From a virus (taxonomy: Duplodnaviria; Caudoviricetes), in IMG/VR virus record IMGVR_UViG_3300007171_000004, positions 236,537 to 300,536 of that record: 64,000 nt of DNA, one strand, 5' to 3'. Position numbers and translations under genes: made by a program. Shown in pieces: positions 41,896 to 51,053 of the stretch (within the stretch, counting starts at the first letter, position 1; every line of letters starts with the position of its first letter). Under the pieces are notes generated by a model. It worked only from the letters and a program-made list of their open reading frames with translations. It searched no databases and was not told the DNA's origin.

Positions 41896-42564
41896 ATGAA
41901 TAAAAAACAAATATTAGCTTCTTTGAATAATATAGCTAATAGACTTGATCAAAAATCTGAATATGAACAGGCTGATAAGATTACTGGTTTAATGGTGAAA
42001 ATATCCCAAATGCCCATCAAACAAGCTGGATTCATGGACGTTCTATCAACTATCGGAAGTGGACTATATGAAGCTGGCGGAAGTGCTTTACAAGGATTTC
42101 AGGGAATTGGCTCAGCATTAGTATCAAACGCAGGAGGAATAGGAGGGGTATTAGCAGGGGGAATAACAGGAGGACTAGGAGGAGCAGCAGGAACAGGAGC
42201 AGTTGTAAACAATTACCTAAATTCCAAAAACTATCAAAATCACCTTAAAGACAAAGCATACAGAGAAAAAGATAAAATGCGAGTATATGTTGAAGCTGAA
42301 ACTCAAAAAATTATTACAGAAATAACAAACCTTATCAAAAATAACAAAAACATAACTCCAGAAGCTGCAAAACAACAAGCCATAAATAAAGCTCAATCTC
42401 ATCCATATTTTCAACAAATTAACGCCTACTGCACAACTTATAATAAAATGAGCTTTACTGATATTATTGCCACAAAATTCGATTCCTATGTTGCTAAATT
42501 ATTACCACAGAAAAATATAGCAGTGAAACCTAATGTTTGGGTCCCACCTGTCGAAAAATATTAA
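41896..42564 (+). CDS. MNKKQ-leader protein with glycine-zipper segment
   Basis: MNKKQILASLNNIANRLD; GGIGGVLAGGITGGLGGAAGTG. Confidence 0.75.
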   Translation: MNKKQILASLNNIANRLDQKSEYEQADKITGLMVKISQMPIKQAGFMDVLSTIGSGLYEAGGSALQGFQGIGSALVSNAGGIGGVLAGGITGGLGGAAGTGAVVNNYLNSKNYQNHLKDKAYREKDKMRVYVEAETQKIITEITNLIKNNKNITPEAAKQQAINKAQSHPYFQQINAYCTTYNKMSFTDIIATKFDSYVAKLLPQKNIAVKPNVWVPPVEKY

Positions 42565-42566
42565 TC

Positions 42567-43082
42567 TTAACATCTATCCCAAACAACACCACACCCAACT
42601 TCATCACAATAAGAACACAATCTATCTAAACATAATAAAACAGACAATGTATCAGAATCATTCCCCATCTTAATTAATTCTAAAACCCTATCAGACAAAT
42701 TATTAAAATCTCCCAATAAACTAAATATCTCATCACTTACAATAACATCATGATTATCCCTGACAAAATCTACAGGAATCATATCTATAGAAAGTAATAA
42801 TCTACCATTCAAAAATAAATTCATACCACCATCAAAAAATACAACATCACCAAACTTACTAAATTGACTCTTTAAACTACTAACCCTGGCAAACTTAAAT
42901 AAATCAAAATCGCCAGGCTCATAAAACACAAGATCATCACGCAAAGATTCCAATATTCCACAAACATCATCCCCACTACTAAGAGAATATAATGTAGAAG
43001 AATTTATCCTAATAACATGATCCGCACGAAATAAATACAATCTATATCTCCAATAAATAATAAACACGCAAAGACAAAACAT
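42567..43082 (-). CDS. Hypothetical protein in extreme-skew DNA
   Basis: Open 171 codons, but composition is dominated by G/T-rich codons. Confidence 0.4.
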   Translation of the reverse strand: MFCLCVFIIYWRYRLYLFRADHVIRINSSTLYSLSSGDDVCGILESLRDDLVFYEPGDFDLFKFARVSSLKSQFSKFGDVVFFDGGMNLFLNGRLLLSIDMIPVDFVRDNHDVIVSDEIFSLLGDFNNLSDRVLELIKMGNDSDTLSVLLCLDRLCSYCDEVGCGVVWDRC

Positions 43083-43263
43083 TACGCATCAACATACCAT
43101 AATGATCCCCAACAACATCATACACACATAACTTATAAATACCAGATTCATAACTCAAACTATAATCATAATCTGTATCACCAAAATTAAACTCCCCTAG
43201 AGAAAAATCTAAACCCAATACATAATCAGAATAATTAACCCTAAATATTTCCACATCATTCAT
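43042..43263 (-). CDS. Hypothetical protein in extreme-skew DNA
   Basis: Start moved to MNDVEIF at 43263. Confidence 0.4.
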   Translation of the reverse strand: MNDVEIFRVNYSDYVLGLDFSLGEFNFGDTDYDYSLSYESGIYKLCVYDVVGDHYGMLMRNVLSLRVYYLLEI

Positions 43264-43267
43264 AATA

Positions 43268-43643
43268 TATACCAAAAGAAAAAGGATGGTTAAATTCTCC
43301 AGAAAACAAGAAAATTTTACCACCCCCCCTATAACTCTACAAAAGAACACATCCCATAAAAATTATATATATACCGGAAACAAAAGGGATGGTTAAAATT
43401 CTAGGAAAACGAAAAAAATATAAGCCCCCCCTATCGTTCCCCCAGATTCTTGACATGCATATAAGTGAAAACAATTGTCCATAATAAAAACACAAAGAAT
43501 AATCCAGACAACAAGATCTTAAAAATAATACTCATAAATAAATTCCCCCAATATGTTTAATAATAACACCAAAACAAAAGGCTCCAAATTCTCTGTAAAC
43601 GATAGGCGGATTTTTAAGGGGGTCGAAAAAAATTGACGGGGGG
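43268..43643. repeat. Imperfect direct repeats with C7 runs followed by G runs; origin/terminus candidate
   Basis: atacc..aaaa(g)gatggttaaa(a)ttct..gaaaac..aaaa..ccccccctat at ~43268 and ~43369, partial third at ~43567; G runs at 43618-43633. Confidence 0.6.
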
Positions 43644-43683
43644 TGGAACTATTCCTTGGGACTCCTAAATGTTAAAGTACCCC

Positions 43684-44043
43684 CTAGGTGTTTTTATATA
43701 TATCCCCTATGAGGTTTATATTATAACATACTAATTGATAGGTTGCAAGGGTAGTTCCATTATCATCTTTTAAAAATCCATGACCTAGATAAACATAATT
43801 ATACTTTCCTAAAGACCAAAGATACTTAGCAACTTCCTCCGACACAATTATTATATCAGACTCCTCAACATCTGCAAGGTTTTCAACATAATTTATTTCA
43901 CATTGACGAAATATAATTCCACCAATAGTTTTGTCATTTTTGTTTAAGTTTAATGATGCTTTTTTGCCAACAGATGGAAATGTTACAAACTGCCCATTTA
44001 TATTAATAGCAACAGTCTTACCAGTTTTATTTATTATATTCAT
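43684..44043 (-). CDS. Conserved phage hypothetical protein
   Basis: IINKT..FPS..IIIVSEEVA..KDDNG pattern. Confidence 0.65.
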   Translation of the reverse strand: MNIINKTGKTVAININGQFVTFPSVGKKASLNLNKNDKTIGGIIFRQCEINYVENLADVEESDIIIVSEEVAKYLWSLGKYNYVYLGHGFLKDDNGTTLATYQLVCYNINLIGDIYKNT

Positions 44044-44220
44044 TTACCAGTTAACTTTTCAAAAAATTCTAGGGTCTTTTTATTTTGTGACAGGAGACCA
44101 ATTAAAAAATATATCATGGCACAAATAAAGAAAACAGCAGTGCATTTAAATAACATAATCATACCAGTCCCCCAAATAAATTATATCATACTTATTCGGG
44201 GGATTTAACTTTCCTTCTTT

Positions 44221-44526
44221 TTAGATTTCCAGTTTTTTAAGCCTACTGTAACTTGCCTTGGATATATTAAGATTAGCAGGTATATCTTTTTCCGAAATTC
44301 CCTGTTCTTTCAAATTCTTAACCCTATTCAAAAGGTCTGTGTAATCTTTCTTTGGACGACCTAATTGTTTTGTTGAAAATTCTCCACGGTCGATAATTCT
44401 AACAGTAGCAACCAGATTATCTTCTTCGTCGTAATAATGCTTAATCTTATCAATATTTGTAACATCTGAAAGAATCAATTGGAAGATATCGTTCTCTAAG
44501 GCAGATGTTTCAATTTTATACTTCAT
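44221..44526 (-). CDS. Protein with C-terminal resolvase-type HTH
   Basis: GRPKK..LKEQGISEKDIPANLNISKASYSR; RBS ggagg before ATG 44526. Confidence 0.65.
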   Translation of the reverse strand: MKYKIETSALENDIFQLILSDVTNIDKIKHYYDEEDNLVATVRIIDRGEFSTKQLGRPKKDYTDLLNRVKNLKEQGISEKDIPANLNISKASYSRLKKLEI

Positions 44527-44604
44527 GACTTTCCTCCCATAAATTATATCAGAAAAGAATACGAGAGGCAAAAAAATAACCCCTATATTTCAAGGGGCTA
44601 TGTT

Positions 44605-44874
44605 TTAATCCAATATGTTAGCGAGGCGGTCTTCTTTAGTTTTTACATGACCAGAGAACCAGCCTGTCCTTCTTGGTTCACTACTTTCAGACAATTCAAG
44701 AACCTTAAGCAGATTCTTGTAAGTTTCTTCTTCTCTTTCAATCTGGTATGAAATCTTTGTTGCAACGTCAGGATTGGATTTCAACAGGTCGATTTGAATA
44801 TCCTTAAGTGCAACAATCTGATGACGCTTCGCTACCAGAATCTCTTTCAAACGGTCAGAATTTTTTGTCTTCAT
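44605..44874 (-). CDS. Hypothetical protein
   Basis: RBS aaggag, upstream promoter-like box, downstream terminator. Confidence 0.75.
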   Translation of the reverse strand: MKTKNSDRLKEILVAKRHQIVALKDIQIDLLKSNPDVATKISYQIEREEETYKNLLKVLELSESSEPRRTGWFSGHVKTKEDRLANILD

Positions 44875-44911
44875 TCTTAACTCCTTGTATGTATCTTATC
44901 ACAAATATTAA

Positions 44912-45379
44912 ATGACGCAAGCAGAAATAATATCTTTGTTTCCAGATATTATTCATGATACTATAAGCCATCACACGAAAGGTTTAGGGGAGATGGTTTT
45001 CTACAATAAGGAATGGGAGAATCCACTTTATTGGTTTGACAAGTTGTTGAAATATTCCAATCATGCTGAGTTACGTAGTTATGAGCGTGATTTGCCATTA
45101 ATAGATTTCTTGCCAATAGATTCAAAATTTCTATACAGCACTAGGAAAATAGATGTATATTCTATGACTTTTGAAACAACTATTAAAGGCAAGAGGGTGG
45201 AAATCGCAATCAACTCTTTAGGTGCTGTAATGACTGTGTATCCTATCATCAACACCATAGCAGATAAGTTTCAGTTCAAATATAAGCGGTATCTTGGTGC
45301 ATTTAAACAGCCTGATGATTATATTCCACCAATCATTACAGAATATGATTTAAACGATGTAGACATGGAGTATTTATAA
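44912..45379 (+). CDS. Hypothetical protein
   Basis: 155 aa, followed by aaagcag..ctgctttt terminator. Confidence 0.7.
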   Translation: MTQAEIISLFPDIIHDTISHHTKGLGEMVFYNKEWENPLYWFDKLLKYSNHAELRSYERDLPLIDFLPIDSKFLYSTRKIDVYSMTFETTIKGKRVEIAINSLGAVMTVYPIINTIADKFQFKYKRYLGAFKQPDDYIPPIITEYDLNDVDMEYL

Positions 45380-45455
45380 GGTAATTTCAAAGCAGGGTTT
45401 TTACTCTGCTTTTTTATTTATATAAGAGCAAAAGTTTCCAATTGATGGCAAAGAC

Positions 45456-45492
45456 AAAAAAAATCCCCTAGAGTTTTTAAGGCTCTAGGGGA
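45456..45492 (-). terminator. Terminator downstream of candidate ncRNA
   Basis: tcccctagag..ctctagggga with T8 on minus strand. Confidence 0.8.
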
Positions 45493-45535
45493 TAAAGGAG
45501 TTACACATGAAACACAAACAGAAACAGGTTTTGAA

Positions 45536-45815
45536 ATGTGGTTGGCTGGAGTTCAACCAGTACGGAACACAAGGGCAGTTCTTTCGATGGTCTCTGCCTC
45601 CGATGGTATTCTTGTCTCATATGAGAGCATAATACCCAACCACATATTATATGCCTTGACATAACTGTTTGCGTCAGTCCCTGCCAAGGACAGTAAGAAC
45701 TTGTGGCTTTTTGACCACCCCAAGGTTGCTACCCTTATTTGAATCTCGCAATAGATTCTAGCCGTTCTGGATTCTTACTGGTTGAGGGAGGTTCTAGACT
45801 CCATCCCTACACCAA
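45536..45815 (-). ncRNA. Candidate structured ncRNA (two multi-stem domains)
   Basis: GC-elevated intergenic DNA; 10-bp stems cagtaagaat/gttcttactg and atgtggttgg/ccaaccacat enclosing hairpins; G-U pairs favour minus strand; promoter upstream, terminator downstream. Confidence 0.55.
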
Positions 45816-45816
45816 T

Positions 45817-45845
45817 ATATTACGCCATCTCTAAGTAATCTGCAA
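45817..45845 (-). promoter_or_regulatory. Sigma70-like promoter of candidate ncRNA
   Basis: TTGCAG-17-TAATAT. Confidence 0.65.
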
Positions 45846-45867
45846 GGGCTATTTTCATCTATTTTTT

Positions 45868-45923
45868 GTTATTTGGATCATTCTGTCGGGGGGTTAACCC
45901 CCCGAGGACTTGTTTTAAATAAT
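45868..45923. repeat. 56-bp symmetric element, copy 1
   Basis: Core TCGGGGGGTTAACCCCCCGA at 45886-45905. Confidence 0.95.
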
Positions 45924-46004
45924 ATTTTTTAGTATAGAATTTGCAAAAAAAATCCCCTTCAAGATTTAACAAGAAGGGGTTGGAGGTGAACACCACATTC
46001 ACAG

Positions 46005-46454
46005 TTATAGTTTACAGGCAATATCTTCTGTTGTCAAGGTGTATTCTGGAAGAAATTCCTTAACAAGTTTCCATCCATCTTTTTCGTAAACATTGTAAAC
46101 TTGCCAGACATTATTAACATACAGATAAAAGTAATCTACACTGGAAGAATATATGTTGTGTAATTCATCCATTGAGGTAATTACAGCATCTACGCCATCT
46201 TCCCCACGGTCTCTGTTATAGAATACTGTTACACCCTCTTCTGGGTTATCAAAAGTATGTTCACCTTCAGGATGTAATTCAGATGTAAGATAACTCATAT
46301 CACCAAAACTAAGCAATTCATTGATGCTATCTACTGTATTGTAATTTGCAACCAGAGTTTGACCTACACCATCAGGATATCCATCAAAGTGACAATAAGA
46401 ATGCTTGATTGTTCCATCATAAAGCATAATACCGATTCTAGCGTGAGTTGACAT
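46005..46454 (-). CDS. Conserved phage hypothetical protein
   Basis: MSTHARIG..YCHFDGYP..VGQTL; own RBS and terminator. Confidence 0.8.
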   Translation of the reverse strand: MSTHARIGIMLYDGTIKHSYCHFDGYPDGVGQTLVANYNTVDSINELLSFGDMSYLTSELHPEGEHTFDNPEEGVTVFYNRDRGEDGVDAVITSMDELHNIYSSSVDYFYLYVNNVWQVYNVYEKDGWKLVKEFLPEYTLTTEDIACKL

Positions 46455-46491
46455 ATTTATCTCCTTGGATTAAGTATATCACAATTTAAAT

Positions 46492-46812
46492 TTACAGAAT
46501 GATATATTTAAATTGCTCTTTGCCTTGCCATGCCCGTGAAAGTCCTGCCAATGTCATCCAAACTAAAGACAAGAAACTAACACCACAGACACAACCTACA
46601 AATGTCATAGTATTGTGAATGTTGCCAATCAAAATGTATTCAATCAAACAAGCAATTGGCATTACACAAGCAACAGCAAATGATAATAGTACAGAGTATT
46701 CAAGCATATTATGAAACACTTTTGGCATATGCTTTGTAATCTGCCAAAATGCGACAAAACCGCCTGTGTAAAGAAAAACCTGCATTGTTCTATTAATAAT
46801 CTCTTCGTTCAT
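46492..46812 (-). CDS. Membrane protein
   Basis: Three hydrophobic segments; RBS ggag before MNEEII. Confidence 0.65.
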   Translation of the reverse strand: MNEEIINRTMQVFLYTGGFVAFWQITKHMPKVFHNMLEYSVLLSFAVACVMPIACLIEYILIGNIHNTMTFVGCVCGVSFLSLVWMTLAGLSRAWQGKEQFKYIIL

Positions 46813-47030
46813 CCTGCTATCTCCCATTGTTCAGAAAGTATATCTTCTGCTGTAAACCTATAACAAGCCCAGAAACTCATTTCTTCTCCAGTAGACCAAA
46901 TACATTTAAATCTTAGTTTTGATTCTTCCATCTTAACTAAAATAACAGTAGTGGATTTTGGATTCCATTTCTTGCTTCTGGTGATTGTTTTACCATCACG
47001 CATAAAGGGCAATACTTGTTCAAGTTTCAT
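46809..47030 (-). CDS. DUF2829/Tad2-like small protein
   Basis: M..EQVL..MRDGKTITR..WN...EDILSEQWEI pattern. Confidence 0.5.
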   Translation of the reverse strand: MKLEQVLPFMRDGKTITRSKKWNPKSTTVILVKMEESKLRFKCIWSTGEEMSFWACYRFTAEDILSEQWEIAG

Positions 47031-47075
47031 ACACCTATATTATCATAAAATATTACTGCGTCAAGGATAAAAAAC

Positions 47076-47131
47076 ATTATTTGTTTCCACCTGTCGGGGG
47101 GTTAACCCCCCGAAGACTGGAGTTAAATAAT
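47076..47131. repeat. 56-bp symmetric element, copy 2
   Basis: Core at 47094-47113. Confidence 0.95.
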
Positions 47132-47142
47132 AAAAAAAAGAT

Positions 47143-47170
47143 TTGCATCATATATTATTTTTGATATAAT
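47143..47170 (+). promoter_or_regulatory. Cassette promoter
   Basis: TTGCAT-16-TATAAT with TGn. Confidence 0.8.
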
Positions 47171-47230
47171 GTATGCATCGTTGAGGTTTAGAACCCTCCT
47201 GCGGGGTGAATCGCAGGGCTGGAGGCTGAT

Positions 47231-47611
47231 ATGCGTAACTTGTATGACAAGATGTGTTGCTGGTGCAAGGGTCACGTTCGTGCGGGCGAGGGTCAGGCTT
47301 GGAACTATCGTGGGCGATGGTATGCGGGATGCCCTACCTGCCTTGAGGAGCGTAAAGGTTCTAAGGCTAAGGCGGATATTCGCATTGAGTATCCATGCGT
47401 GATGGCAACGTCCAGTACCAATGTATACGGCGTGTTCAAGTATGACACATACCCTGCAAGTTCGGTTCTGGCAGGTGCGGAACGGCGTACGTGGCTTGAT
47501 GAGTTTGCAACGCTTGAGGAGGCTATTAAGGCTTACCCTAAGGCAACCAAGCACTGTGGTCCCGGCTACCATGAAGACAACTACGAGTGGCTCTCTGAGG
47601 AGGAGGACTAA
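47231..47611 (+). CDS. High-GC cassette gene, N-terminal Cys-rich (Zn) region
   Basis: RBS ggagg; CCWC..CPTC; terminator at 47618-47642. Confidence 0.8.
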   Translation: MRNLYDKMCCWCKGHVRAGEGQAWNYRGRWYAGCPTCLEERKGSKAKADIRIEYPCVMATSSTNVYGVFKYDTYPASSVLAGAERRTWLDEFATLEEAIKAYPKATKHCGPGYHEDNYEWLSEEED

Positions 47612-47663
47612 AGCCTTGACCCCTTCGGGGGTCTTTTTTTTTATCTATAGCAATCTAAAATTT

Positions 47664-47721
47664 ATTATTTAACTCAAGTCTTCGGGGGGTTAACCCCCCC
47701 CGACAGAAAGATACAAATAAT
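47664..47721. repeat. Symmetric element, copy 3 (inverted; C8 variant)
   Basis: Core at 47682-47703. Confidence 0.95.
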
Positions 47722-47732
47722 AAAAAATAGTC

Positions 47733-47760
47733 TTGCATCAGTTATTATTTTTGATATAAT
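47733..47760 (+). promoter_or_regulatory. Cassette promoter
   Basis: TTGCAT-16-TATAAT, near-identical to 47143. Confidence 0.8.
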
Positions 47761-47780
47761 AAGAGCATAAGGAGTTTGGA

Positions 47781-48053
47781 ATGAAAGTTAACTTGAAAGA
47801 GTATGGTCTCTGTGACGTTGTAAAGAACGAGTATCCTAACGGTAATCTCGCATTGTCCCTCAAGGATGCGTACGGTTCTCCAATCGCTAGCGTTAGCACA
47901 AACATCATCCCCCTGTTCGACAATGAGTTTGTTCTTGATGTAAACAACCTGTCTCTTATCCTTGATGAGATTCTTGAATCCGGGTTGTTTCAGGACACGG
48001 GAGACAAGGTGCAATCAGGGTTTGTAGAATATCCAATCTACAGGTTGGTATAA
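47781..48053 (+). CDS. DUF4313-like protein
   Basis: YPNGNLAL..SVSTN..LDVNN..TGDKVQSGFVEYPIY; RBS aaggag; terminator 48055-48080. Confidence 0.75.
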   Translation: MKVNLKEYGLCDVVKNEYPNGNLALSLKDAYGSPIASVSTNIIPLFDNEFVLDVNNLSLILDEILESGLFQDTGDKVQSGFVEYPIYRLV

Positions 48054-48149
48054 GATAGGGGGCTTGAAAAAGCCCCCTATTGTTTTATCTAGGCTTGCTA
48101 AAAAACCTTATTTGAAAAAAGTTGTCGTATAAGATATTTGAGGTGAAAA

Positions 48150-48536
48150 ATGGAACAAGCTGTAATGATTGGTTTGGTATCGGTTTTATTTTGTTTCAAT
48201 GTCTGGTTAATTGGTGCAAATGAATCAATCAAGAATCAAAATGAAACTCTAAAGAATCTTAACAACAATTTGAATAAAGATTTAGAAGAATTAAAGAGTA
48301 AAAATTCTTCTCTTTGGCATGAAACATTAGAATTAAAAGAACACATTGAATCTTATAAATTTCCTGTAGGTTCTAAGGTTAAGTGGTTAGATCGCACAGG
48401 AGAAGAAGAATTTGGAATTGTCTATGATGATTATGAGATTCTAGATAAGCATTATGTTGTTATTAAAAGATTGAAAGATGACAAATTAATTGGCTCTCCA
48501 CTTTCAATTAAGGCAGAAAAATTAACAGTATTATAA
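48150..48536 (+). CDS. TM plus coiled coil plus SH3-like protein
   Basis: RBS gaggtg; FPVGSKVKW. Confidence 0.7.
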   Translation: MEQAVMIGLVSVLFCFNVWLIGANESIKNQNETLKNLNNNLNKDLEELKSKNSSLWHETLELKEHIESYKFPVGSKVKWLDRTGEEEFGIVYDDYEILDKHYVVIKRLKDDKLIGSPLSIKAEKLTVL

Positions 48537-48573
48537 AAAAAAATCCCCCTTGAATAATCTTGGGGGATAACTT

Positions 48574-48777
48574 TTACTTTACGGAATATTGGGTATAAAA
48601 TCTGCTACCGTCATTTAATACCCATTCTGTTTTATATTTCCTAGCACACGTTTCACCTAACTCTTGTGCATTAGACCCAGAAGCCAAAAGCAATCCATTC
48701 CTAAACGCAGAAAACTTAAGTCTAGGAAAGTTAGTTACAAAACGAACCTCAATCTTATCTTGCAAATCCATGTCCAT
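48574..48777 (-). CDS. Small hypothetical protein
   Basis: RBS aaggag, promoter-like box, terminator. Confidence 0.65.
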   Translation of the reverse strand: MDMDLQDKIEVRFVTNFPRLKFSAFRNGLLLASGSNAQELGETCARKYKTEWVLNDGSRFYTQYSVK

Positions 48778-48804
48778 CTCCTTACAAAAATAGTATATCA
48801 GAAA

Positions 48805-49302
48805 TCATTTAAGAGTCAAGAGTTTACTGCTTAAATAAGGGTCATTTTTAAATCTTTTTAGCCCCATCTTTGTATATCCCAATGCATTTAATCTATCACC
48901 ATTTTTAATACAAAGACTAACAAGAGAGTGAAAAGTAGTGGCGGGACAATCTTTAAAACGGATAGCACTTTCATAATAACGGATTGATAATTGTTCATCT
49001 TTCTTCATCGACCTATAAAACATACCAGTAAATTCATAAGACCTATATCCATTAGGCATTAGGGACAAATATCTCTTAGTAAAAATTTCAGCATCATTTA
49101 ACCAGCTTGAATCTTTACTATTAATACTCATAGACCACATAAGCCAAATCATATTCTCCCAAGCATCACGGTCTTTGTAATCTATCTTAAGCACTTCTTT
49201 GTATAGATTAATAATTTTGGGATAGTCACCAGTTTTAGTATCTGTGCCATGCCAAAGAGTTTCAATAGTTTTCTTTAAATATTCTAGTTTACGAGTTTGC
49301 AC
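48805..49302 (-). CDS. TPR-like helical protein
   Basis: IINLYKEVLKIDY..AW..; YYESAI repeats. Confidence 0.6.
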   Translation of the reverse strand: MQTRKLEYLKKTIETLWHGTDTKTGDYPKIINLYKEVLKIDYKDRDAWENMIWLMWSMSINSKDSSWLNDAEIFTKRYLSLMPNGYRSYEFTGMFYRSMKKDEQLSIRYYESAIRFKDCPATTFHSLVSLCIKNGDRLNALGYTKMGLKRFKNDPYLSSKLLTLK

Positions 49303-49639
49303 TTGCTTCTAACTCCAATTCTTCTGCATCATAAGTATTTAAAATATGATTACTAACATTCTGCGGTAATTCTACATTCTTCATAAAACCTAAAAGAATA
49401 ATTTTCTTCTTAAAATTTTCGTAAACAGTTTTTCTTTTACGTTGAGAATTATCCCACTCATATGTAAATAAATTCATATCATTTAAAATTGAAGAGTGAC
49501 TAAATTCAATAAGATAAGTACCATCCATATGAATAAAAGAATCAAAACCGGAAATTATATCATCTCCCTTTAATTCATATCCTGTGCCAGTTTTAGAAAA
49601 ATATATCCAGACTTTTGTTTCCATGTCAAATTTTACCAT
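49289..49639 (-). CDS. Hypothetical protein
   Basis: 116-aa ORF. Confidence 0.6.
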   Translation of the reverse strand: MVKFDMETKVWIYFSKTGTGYELKGDDIISGFDSFIHMDGTYLIEFSHSSILNDMNLFTYEWDNSQRKRKTVYENFKKKIILLGFMKNVELPQNVSNHILNTYDAEELELEASANS

Positions 49640-49671
49640 ATATATTTAATGTCTGCAATTATCTAAAAAAG

Positions 49672-49727
49672 ATTATTTGAAACATTCTGTCGGGGGGTTA
49701 ACCCCCCGAGGACTTGAAACAAATAAT
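49672..49727. repeat. 56-bp symmetric element, copy 4
   Basis: Core at 49690-49709. Confidence 0.95.
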
Positions 49728-49779
49728 AAAAAATAGTTCATCTGAGACAAAAAAAGACCCCGTTTCAGGGGTCTTTAGA

Positions 49780-50040
49780 TTACAGTTCGATATTGATGTA
49801 AGATACACCGATTAAGTTATGGATAGAATATTCTTTCCAGTTCTTAAGAAGGGTCTCTGCAAACTCATGTCCTTCCAGAGCCTTTTTGATAGCATCTGAG
49901 AACTTGTTCGTCCTTACCAGAGTATAAGTGGTTTTATCATCACCGTATGTAAACTCATCAAGGACATCGTTGCAAACATCTGTGTCAAGTTCCAGAGTGT
50001 AAAAGATGTCTGATGCATCTGCGAATGTTACCTGTCTCAT
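49780..50040 (-). CDS. Single-gene cassette, hypothetical protein
   Basis: RBS aaggagg; promoter TTGCAT-16-TATTAT 50065-50092; terminator ~49749-49776. Confidence 0.8.
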   Translation of the reverse strand: MRQVTFADASDIFYTLELDTDVCNDVLDEFTYGDDKTTYTLVRTNKFSDAIKKALEGHEFAETLLKNWKEYSIHNLIGVSYINIEL

Positions 50041-50114
50041 GTCAACCTCCTTGGTTACAGGTTAATAATATCATAAATGATTTGTGATGCAATGGGTATT
50101 TTAAACTATTTTTT

Positions 50115-50170
50115 ATTATTTAAATCATTCCTTCGGGGGGTTAACCCCCCGACGACTGGAAACAAATAAT
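50115..50170. repeat. 56-bp symmetric element, copy 5
   Basis: Core at 50133-50152. Confidence 0.95.
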
Positions 50171-50222
50171 AAATTTTAGATTGACAAAAGCAAAAAAAAG
50201 CCCCCGTTTCAGGGGGGGCTTG

Positions 50223-50942
50223 CTACGCCATCGGCAGAATCTTTAATGCCTTTTTAATCTTTTTATCTGTTCCAGTATCAGGGGCGAACAGAATCACAAG
50301 TTTACGGCGGTGGAGGTGCTTATCCTGCATACAAAGCCCGCAGGACTTGCAAGAGTCGGTTTTCTTGACCTGATAGGGACAAGGGATACCAGTAAAGCCG
50401 TTTCCAAGGTTCACAGGGCGATGTGATTCGTGTTTAGTAGGAACGACCAGACTACAGGCATAACCACGGTCATGCTCTACTTGTAACTGTTCCACGGATT
50501 CGCACGAACGCAGAATACTAACATCGCCCCAAACATTACGGGGAACATCCAATGCATGGGTGTATGTCCAAACCCGTTTGCCGGAACGCTTTATATAAGC
50601 ATTATACGCTTCTGATACAATCCGGGCGGCTTCCACGGTTTTACAATCACCGACAACATGACCCCGCAGGTCATACTTGCCTTTAAGACGGTTCACGGCA
50701 TCCGCTTCAAAACGGGCTATCTGTTCCGGTGTAAACATTCCAATGGACTGTGCTAGGTTCAATCGTTTTGTTGTAATACCTGCATGACCTGTTTCGGCAT
50801 AACATCCTGCATTATAGAAGGAACAGTTAGATGGGCATGAACCTTGACTTGCCCAAGTAGCGGACACCGTTTTGTCGGTGGAAAGTTTACGGTCGGCAGA
50901 CCGCTCTACGGCAATGGCTGGGGCTGTGTATGTGTAACTCAT
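50223..50942 (-). CDS. Cys-rich GP88-like phage protein (single-gene cassette)
   Basis: SCPSNCSFYNAGCYA, RGHVVGD, WTYTH, CP..SCKSCGLC; promoter 50949-50976; terminator ~50191-50221. Confidence 0.6.
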   Translation of the reverse strand: MSYTYTAPAIAVERSADRKLSTDKTVSATWASQGSCPSNCSFYNAGCYAETGHAGITTKRLNLAQSIGMFTPEQIARFEADAVNRLKGKYDLRGHVVGDCKTVEAARIVSEAYNAYIKRSGKRVWTYTHALDVPRNVWGDVSILRSCESVEQLQVEHDRGYACSLVVPTKHESHRPVNLGNGFTGIPCPYQVKKTDSCKSCGLCMQDKHLHRRKLVILFAPDTGTDKKIKKALKILPMA

Positions 50943-50997
50943 GACATCATTATATCGACATTATATAAAAATACAATGGCATTTTGAACTATTTTTT

Positions 50998-51053
50998 ATT
51001 ATTTAAAACATTCCTTCGGGGGGTTAACCCCCCGACGACTGGAAACAAATAAT
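50998..51053. repeat. 56-bp symmetric element, copy 6
   Basis: Core at 51016-51035; within 99-bp repeat 50974-51072. Confidence 0.95.

Noticed and set aside
43618-43643. G-quadruplex
   Set aside because: Only two G runs are close together
44221-44526. The recombinase for the palindromes
   Set aside because: Only an HTH is visible; too short for a serine or tyrosine catalytic domain. It remains a possible binder.
45507-45632. Plus-strand 41-codon ORF with an AAGGAG RBS
   Set aside because: No upstream promoter or downstream terminator on that strand; it overlaps the stems. Not fully excluded.
45536-45815. tmRNA, RNase P RNA, group I intron or hammerhead identity
   Set aside because: Their conserved sequence motifs were not found in the required order
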